In this document: positions 58,787 through 64,000 of the stretch, one piece after another | Numbering within the stretch: the stretch's first letter is position 1 | Layout of the letters: each line of letters begins with the position of its first letter | NCBI RefSeq assembly: GCF_009914755.1 | Contig: NC_060926.1 | Length of the DNA: 64,000 nt | Reading direction: 5' to 3' (one strand) | Origin: the human T2T-CHM13v2.0 reference genome, Homo sapiens | The notes under the pieces: model-generated | Told to the model about the DNA's origin: nothing | Seen by the model: only the letters and a program-made list of their open reading frames with translations | The model's database searches: none | Program-made: the position numbers and the translations under genes

Positions 58787-59325
58787 CAGTCAAAACTCAT
58801 AATTCATGGAGTTCATATTTATGAATTCACCTACTCACTAAAATTTATTGGTAACCTTCGAAATCAATACTTGCGGAGATTTTATGGTCATTCAGGGACA
58901 TGCAGATCTGGGAAAAACTTGAGTCGCCCTTCACATAAGTCCCTCCCCTGTGGTTGAATAGGGCAGGGCTCTCTGCCTTTTGGTTTCCTTCTCAGAGATG
59001 ACCAGAGAGGGGGCAGGGCAGTGCAGTGCAGTGCAGCGCTGTGTGAGAAGCTCCAGCCGGGGCAGTGGCACAAGCTTGGTTCCAATCCCAAGAGGCACCT
59101 GCTAGCTGGGCGTCCTCAGGCACATGACTTAAGAGTTCCAAAACTCATTTCTGTTCTACAAAAAAAGAAGATAGAATCTACCAGGATGTGCTGTTTTAGG
59201 ATTTAAGATTAAAATCTATGTGCAATACAATATGTACATATTTCCCTAAGGAGTAATGTTTCAGTATTCACTAGTCCAGTTTTCATGGCAGCTTTATAGA
59301 ACATGGCAACTGAGAATAACAGATC
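58787..59325 (-). mobile_element. MER82-like Tigger-family DNA element
   Basis: Ends 'cagtcaaaactcataattcatgg...gaattcacctactcactaaaatttatt' and, on the minus strand, 'gttctataaagctgccatgaaaactggactagtgaatactgaa'. Confidence 0.6.
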
Positions 59326-59849
59326 TTTCTCTATAGCGAGAGATAGAGACTGATAGAAAATGTTAAGGCATTGCCTCATTGTCTTCTTTCAAGGGTGCTA
59401 TTGGCAATGCCATCTTAACTAATACTTTATTTAATAATTATCTAGTTCTTTTGATCTGGCAACTTAGTCCTTCAATTCTGGATCTTTTCTTGTATTATTC
59501 CTTAAGTTAGGTCTTCCCTTTGGCCTGATGGTCCTCACTGTAGAGCAGTCAGGGAGGGACCTGGCCATTCCATTGAACTTGGTAGCTCTGACAGCTACCA
59601 AGTGTTCTGACAATTTCCTTCTGGACTGGAGGAAATTTCTTTCTCCAGAAAGAAATTCTCCTTCTCATGCCTTATATTAATAAGTACCTGATTAAGTAGG
59701 AAGATATGCCATTTTCATAAATATAGTAAACTTTATAAATGCAATAAAATTGCAAATATTTTAAATGTGCCTATGTGTGTCTGCATATGTGTGTATGTCT
59801 GTATGTTTGTGTGTGTGTAAATATGTGGGTGTAGGGTTTGTGTGTGTTT

Positions 59850-60995
59850 CATGACAAGTTCTTCTTAAAACACATAGGATGAAAAATAGGCAAGATAATT
59901 TTGGAAAACCAATGGAGATACCCTAACAATCACCACTGCTGCTATAAAGCTAAGGTAATTTAGACAGAATGGTATTTTACCACAAGAATACAATGGAAAA
60001 GAGAGCCCAGAAAGAATTTTTAAAATTATAGAATAGTTTTAGAAATTAGAAGGGTAAAGATGAACTATTCAATAAAAGTTGCACACCAAAAAAAAAAACA
60101 AAAAACAATTATTTCCTAGGCTGGAAATCAAATCAACAATGAAGTCTGTGGAGGCCATTCTGATGAATGGGTGGCCCATCTGCCTGGTCTGCCTGGCACA
60201 GTCCCTACCCCATCTGTTGCTCAGTGTCATTGTTACCAATGCCCTCTTCTCACTCTCAGAAATGTCCAGCCAGCATGATATACCATAGATCATTCTACAT
60301 ATAAATAAAAAGGATTAGTATCAAGCAACGATTATGAACCCTGGCAAATAAGTGAAAATTTAAAAATAAAAATCACAGGAAATTAGACAAAGAAAGCAAA
60401 ACAAAGTGAGCAAAAGATGTGAACAGGCAACTCACAGAAGAAGAAACCTTAATGCTGTAAACTTGTGAAAAGATGCTTGACTTCACTAGCAAGTGGAAAA
60501 ATACAAATCAGAACTGCCTAGGTTCTGCACTCATCAGATTGGCAATATCGAAAGCCTAAAAATGCCAAGCGTTGGAAGGACGTGATGAAACAAGGATGCT
60601 CCCACCGCAGGTGTGAGTGTAAGAAGACTTCCTGCCTCACAGAGCACTCTTGTGTTATCTGGTTAGGATGGAAGGTCCAGAAATTCTATGACGAGCACCT
60701 GTCTTCTTGAATCTTTTATTTATATCCATGAAGAGACATGAACAGGACAGGTTTCTTTGTAATAAAGAAAAATTGAAATCACCTAAATGAGCAAATAAAT
60801 TAAGCCATGTTTATGCAAAATCACACAATAAAATATTCATATTATCTGGATCAATATTGAAATGATCTAGTCCTAAAACATTCGCATAGATAAGCCTCAA
60901 ATACAATAGTGATAGGGATAAGAAAGTTGCAGAAAAATATGTAAAGCATGATGCTGCTTATAGGAAGTTAAAAACACACAAAGCAGTGCTACATT
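59850..60995 (+). mobile_element. Old L1ME ORF2-end/3' fragments
   Basis: 'gcaaaagatgtgaacaggcaactcacagaagaagaa...aaagatgcttgacttcactagc'. Confidence 0.6.
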
Positions 60996-60998
60996 ATG

Positions 60999-61287
<289 letters not shown>

Positions 61288-61699
61288 ACCCCCCACCCCC
61301 CAGTGCTGCTCTTAAGGATGCATAAGCACATAGGGGAGGTATAGAGATGCATGAGGATGAGACACTAGCAGCATGCTAGCTACACTTCTGGAGAGAGAAA
61401 TAGGATGGAACAGGTCCAGTGGGTCATTCAGTGTCACTAACCTTGCTTTCCTTGGGGCCCTCCATGGGCACCCTGATGAATCCCTTTAGGGCTGAAGGGA
61501 TGAGGCCTGAAGGATGCACCCTGCAAAGAGAACCAGAGCTGCCCCTAGAGGGCCTGAACGTGGACTCCCTCGACCACCCGCAAACCCTGCCTGCATGGGC
61601 TCCCTGGGGGAAGCTCCCACAGGCAGAGACAGGAGGGCTGAGGCCCTGAGAGGCAGCAGGAGCAAAAGGAGCCATGGATCTCCACCTAGTGCCACATGG

Positions 61700-61795
61700 G
61701 CATTTTCAACCCATTTCACAGATGAGAAAATAGTGGCTCAGGAAGGTTAAGTAACTAGGCCAAGGTCATGCAGCTAGTAAGAAACCAAGCTGAGG
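61700..61795 (-). mobile_element. MIR fragment
   Basis: 'cccatttcacagatgagaaaatagtggctcaggaaggttaagtaactaggccaaggtcatgcagctag'. Confidence 0.7.
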
Positions 61796-62529
61796 GCGCA
61801 TGGGAAGATCACACTCCCTGCACTAATGGGGCTGAGGGAGGGTCAGGGACCCCTGGCCTCACCATTGGGAGGAAACCAGGAGGGAGGCAGCTGTCAGCTT
61901 CTGAAGTAAAGAACCAGATTTGCTTGGCTTGAAATGTAACCTACACCTACGCTAAGGCAGCATAACCTTGCTGTCCTCTCAAACAAGCATTGGTCGGCAT
62001 TGGCTCTTTAGCGGGCTCACATCTGTGAGGGTGATAAATATGAACCATGCTACAACCGCATGGTCAGGCTCCACCGCAGAGCACCAGGCAGGGGCCAGGC
62101 ATTGTGGAGGCTGCGTTAAAAACTTTCTACACTTGACACTTGCACATGAGTCCTGTGAGCTAAGTACTGCCAGCTCCGTGTAACCCATAAGGAAGTGCCT
62201 CGCGGGTGAGGTGGCCCTGCCCAAGGTCACACAGCTGCAAGCAGGACTGGAACTCAGGCTGCGTGGTCCTGAATGCCCGGGCTGTCCCAGCACCCGTACC
62301 ACCTCTCCATGTCAGTATGGGGCTGCCGGCTGCCAGGCAGTCACTGGTCACCGAAGCACCCCTGAGGAAGGTGAGGAAGAGCCCGCGCCAAGAGGGTGCT
62401 CAGGCCCAGCCCCAGGAGAACCTACCTGGGAGCCTGGAGGGGACCAGGCACCCTGGGCTATGGGAGCAAATGGCAGGAGTGCTGAATAGCTCCCCCTTCA
62501 GGAAGACAAAAGCTCCAGAAGTAGGCTGG

Positions 62530-62841
62530 CTGGGTTCTTGGCATTTTGAACAAAGAATTGGACAAAATGCACAAACAAAGCAAGGAAAGAATGAAGCATC
62601 AAAAACTTATTGAAAATGAAAATACCCTCCACAGGGTGGGAACGGGCCCAAGCAAGGGCTCAAGGGCCCCGTTACAGAATTTTCTGGGGTTTAAATACCC
62701 TCTAGAGGTTTCCACTGGTTACTCACTGTATGCCCCATGTAAATGGAGAGGATATTTCATGTCACAGCTGAAGTGTCTCCGTTTGATTTCGTTCTAGGAA
62801 GTCCTTAGTTCCCTGCCTCCAGGCCCTATTCTCCTGCCTCA
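62530..62841 (-). mobile_element. MER61-like ERV1 LTR
   Basis: Minus strand begins TGAGGCAGGAGAATAGGGCCTGGAGGCAGGGAACTAAGGACTTCCTAGAA; 'gtatttaaaccccagaaaattctgtaac'. Confidence 0.8.
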
Positions 62842-64000
62842 CAGCCACCATCTGCTGTGGCCCAGTGGGGAGCTGCCTGCTGGGGGCTGCCGCCCTCACC
62901 CTGGTGACTCCAGGCTGGGCTGCCACTCTGCTACCGTGCTCTGCAGAGCCTCCATGAACTCCCACTCTCCCTGGCTCATTACTCACGGATTTTTCTGCTA
63001 AGCCCCAGAGCCCTCTTTTGAGAAATTGTGCACCGTGTGAGCCCTGGAGGCAGCCCCAGCCCCTCTTGAGAAGCTTGGGGCCATGATGATGTCCGCAGCT
63101 CCTGGGCAGCCGGACTGCAGGGCATGAAGACCCTGCCACAGTCCTGCTGCCTGCAGCACTGGCCCAGTCAAGGAGCAGCTGCCACAACCACACTAGCACC
63201 CCCCATCCCCCCAGAGCAGCTGCAAAGAGAACACAAATGCAGCAGCAGCCAAGGGCTGGGGGTGGGAACACTTACAAAAGGCAGAGAGGGTGGTGGGGAG
63301 CACCAGAAACCCCCAGCAAACCCATGATTTTGCTGAGGGAGTGGGTGCACGTGCTGGCCTCCCTTAGTCCAAAGCCTGTGCTCTGAATTCAGACCAGAGG
63401 TGAGGCCCACAGCCCCACCAGGTGCCACTGACACCTTGGCTTCTGGGGACCTGACCAAGGAGGCAAAGGGCACATCCACCCAGGGAGGGTCGTGCTTCCT
63501 GTGCTCACAGAGGCCCCTCACCCCTGCAGCCGCACCCAGGACGCATGGTGTGAGGCCAGGCTTGGAGGCAGCTCTGGAAGGAGCCGGGGCCTCTGTGTGC
63601 TGGAGGAGTGGTGGCTGGTCTCTTGTTTTGTTTTCTTGGGCCCAGGTGTTCCTACCCTCCCTTCACCTTCTCCTTTTTCAAGGTGCTTCCCAGGTTTCCA
63701 GAGCCCTCACGCGGCCCCTGGAGGCCTGCAATCCTGATGGGTTCACCCCACCCTTTCTGAGCCTTCCCCTCCAGATGCAGGTGCCACACCTACCAAAACA
63801 CTTCTCTGAGGAAGCCCCATTGTTTCCCTAGGGACGCCCTCACCGCACGTGGCACGTGATGACTGCCCAGCAGTAGGTGCCAGGAGAAAACCTCCCCTTT
63901 GCCCTCTGAGGGTTTGCTGGAAAATCAACTCACAAAAGGCAGATTAATTGGAGAAAAGGCATACAAATGTATTCACACGCGCACAGGAAGAACCACAGGC

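Noticed and set aside
61400-63930. Cluster of GC-rich ORFs (up to 169 aa)
   Set aside because: Overlapping low-complexity ORFs on both strands, partly in LTR/MIR sequence, as expected by chance in GC-rich DNA.

Overview
Primate, almost certainly human, non-coding genomic DNA dominated by interspersed repeats. I found no supportable host protein-coding exon, RNA gene or CRISPR array. The main feature is a near full-length L1HS-Ta (Ta-0 type) retrotransposon on the minus strand (34727-40740). Both its ORFs are broken by a single lesion each (ORF1 R130*, ORF2 5-bp deletion), its antisense ORF0 is intact, and its 5' end is clipped into the YY1 site. It sits in a three-layer nest: an old L1M host, then a ~650-bp polyadenylated non-L1 'orphan' retrocopy with its own 15-bp TSD, then the L1HS carrying a ~130-bp 3' transduction inserted in the orphan's poly(A) tail. 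Other elements are a HERV-K(HML-2) LTR5A-type solo LTR, THE1/MST/MLT MaLR LTRs, about 11 Alus, old L1M blocks, Tigger-family MITEs, MIR/L2 and a 63-bp VNTR. Unusual structures include a 5'-inverted L1MA with a 65-bp locally templated insert at its inversion junction and a near-perfect AT-rich double palindrome. No new gene system is supported; the novelty is in retrotransposition and rearrangement architecture. Subfamily names come from recalled consensus sequences, and boundaries of old repeats are approximate.
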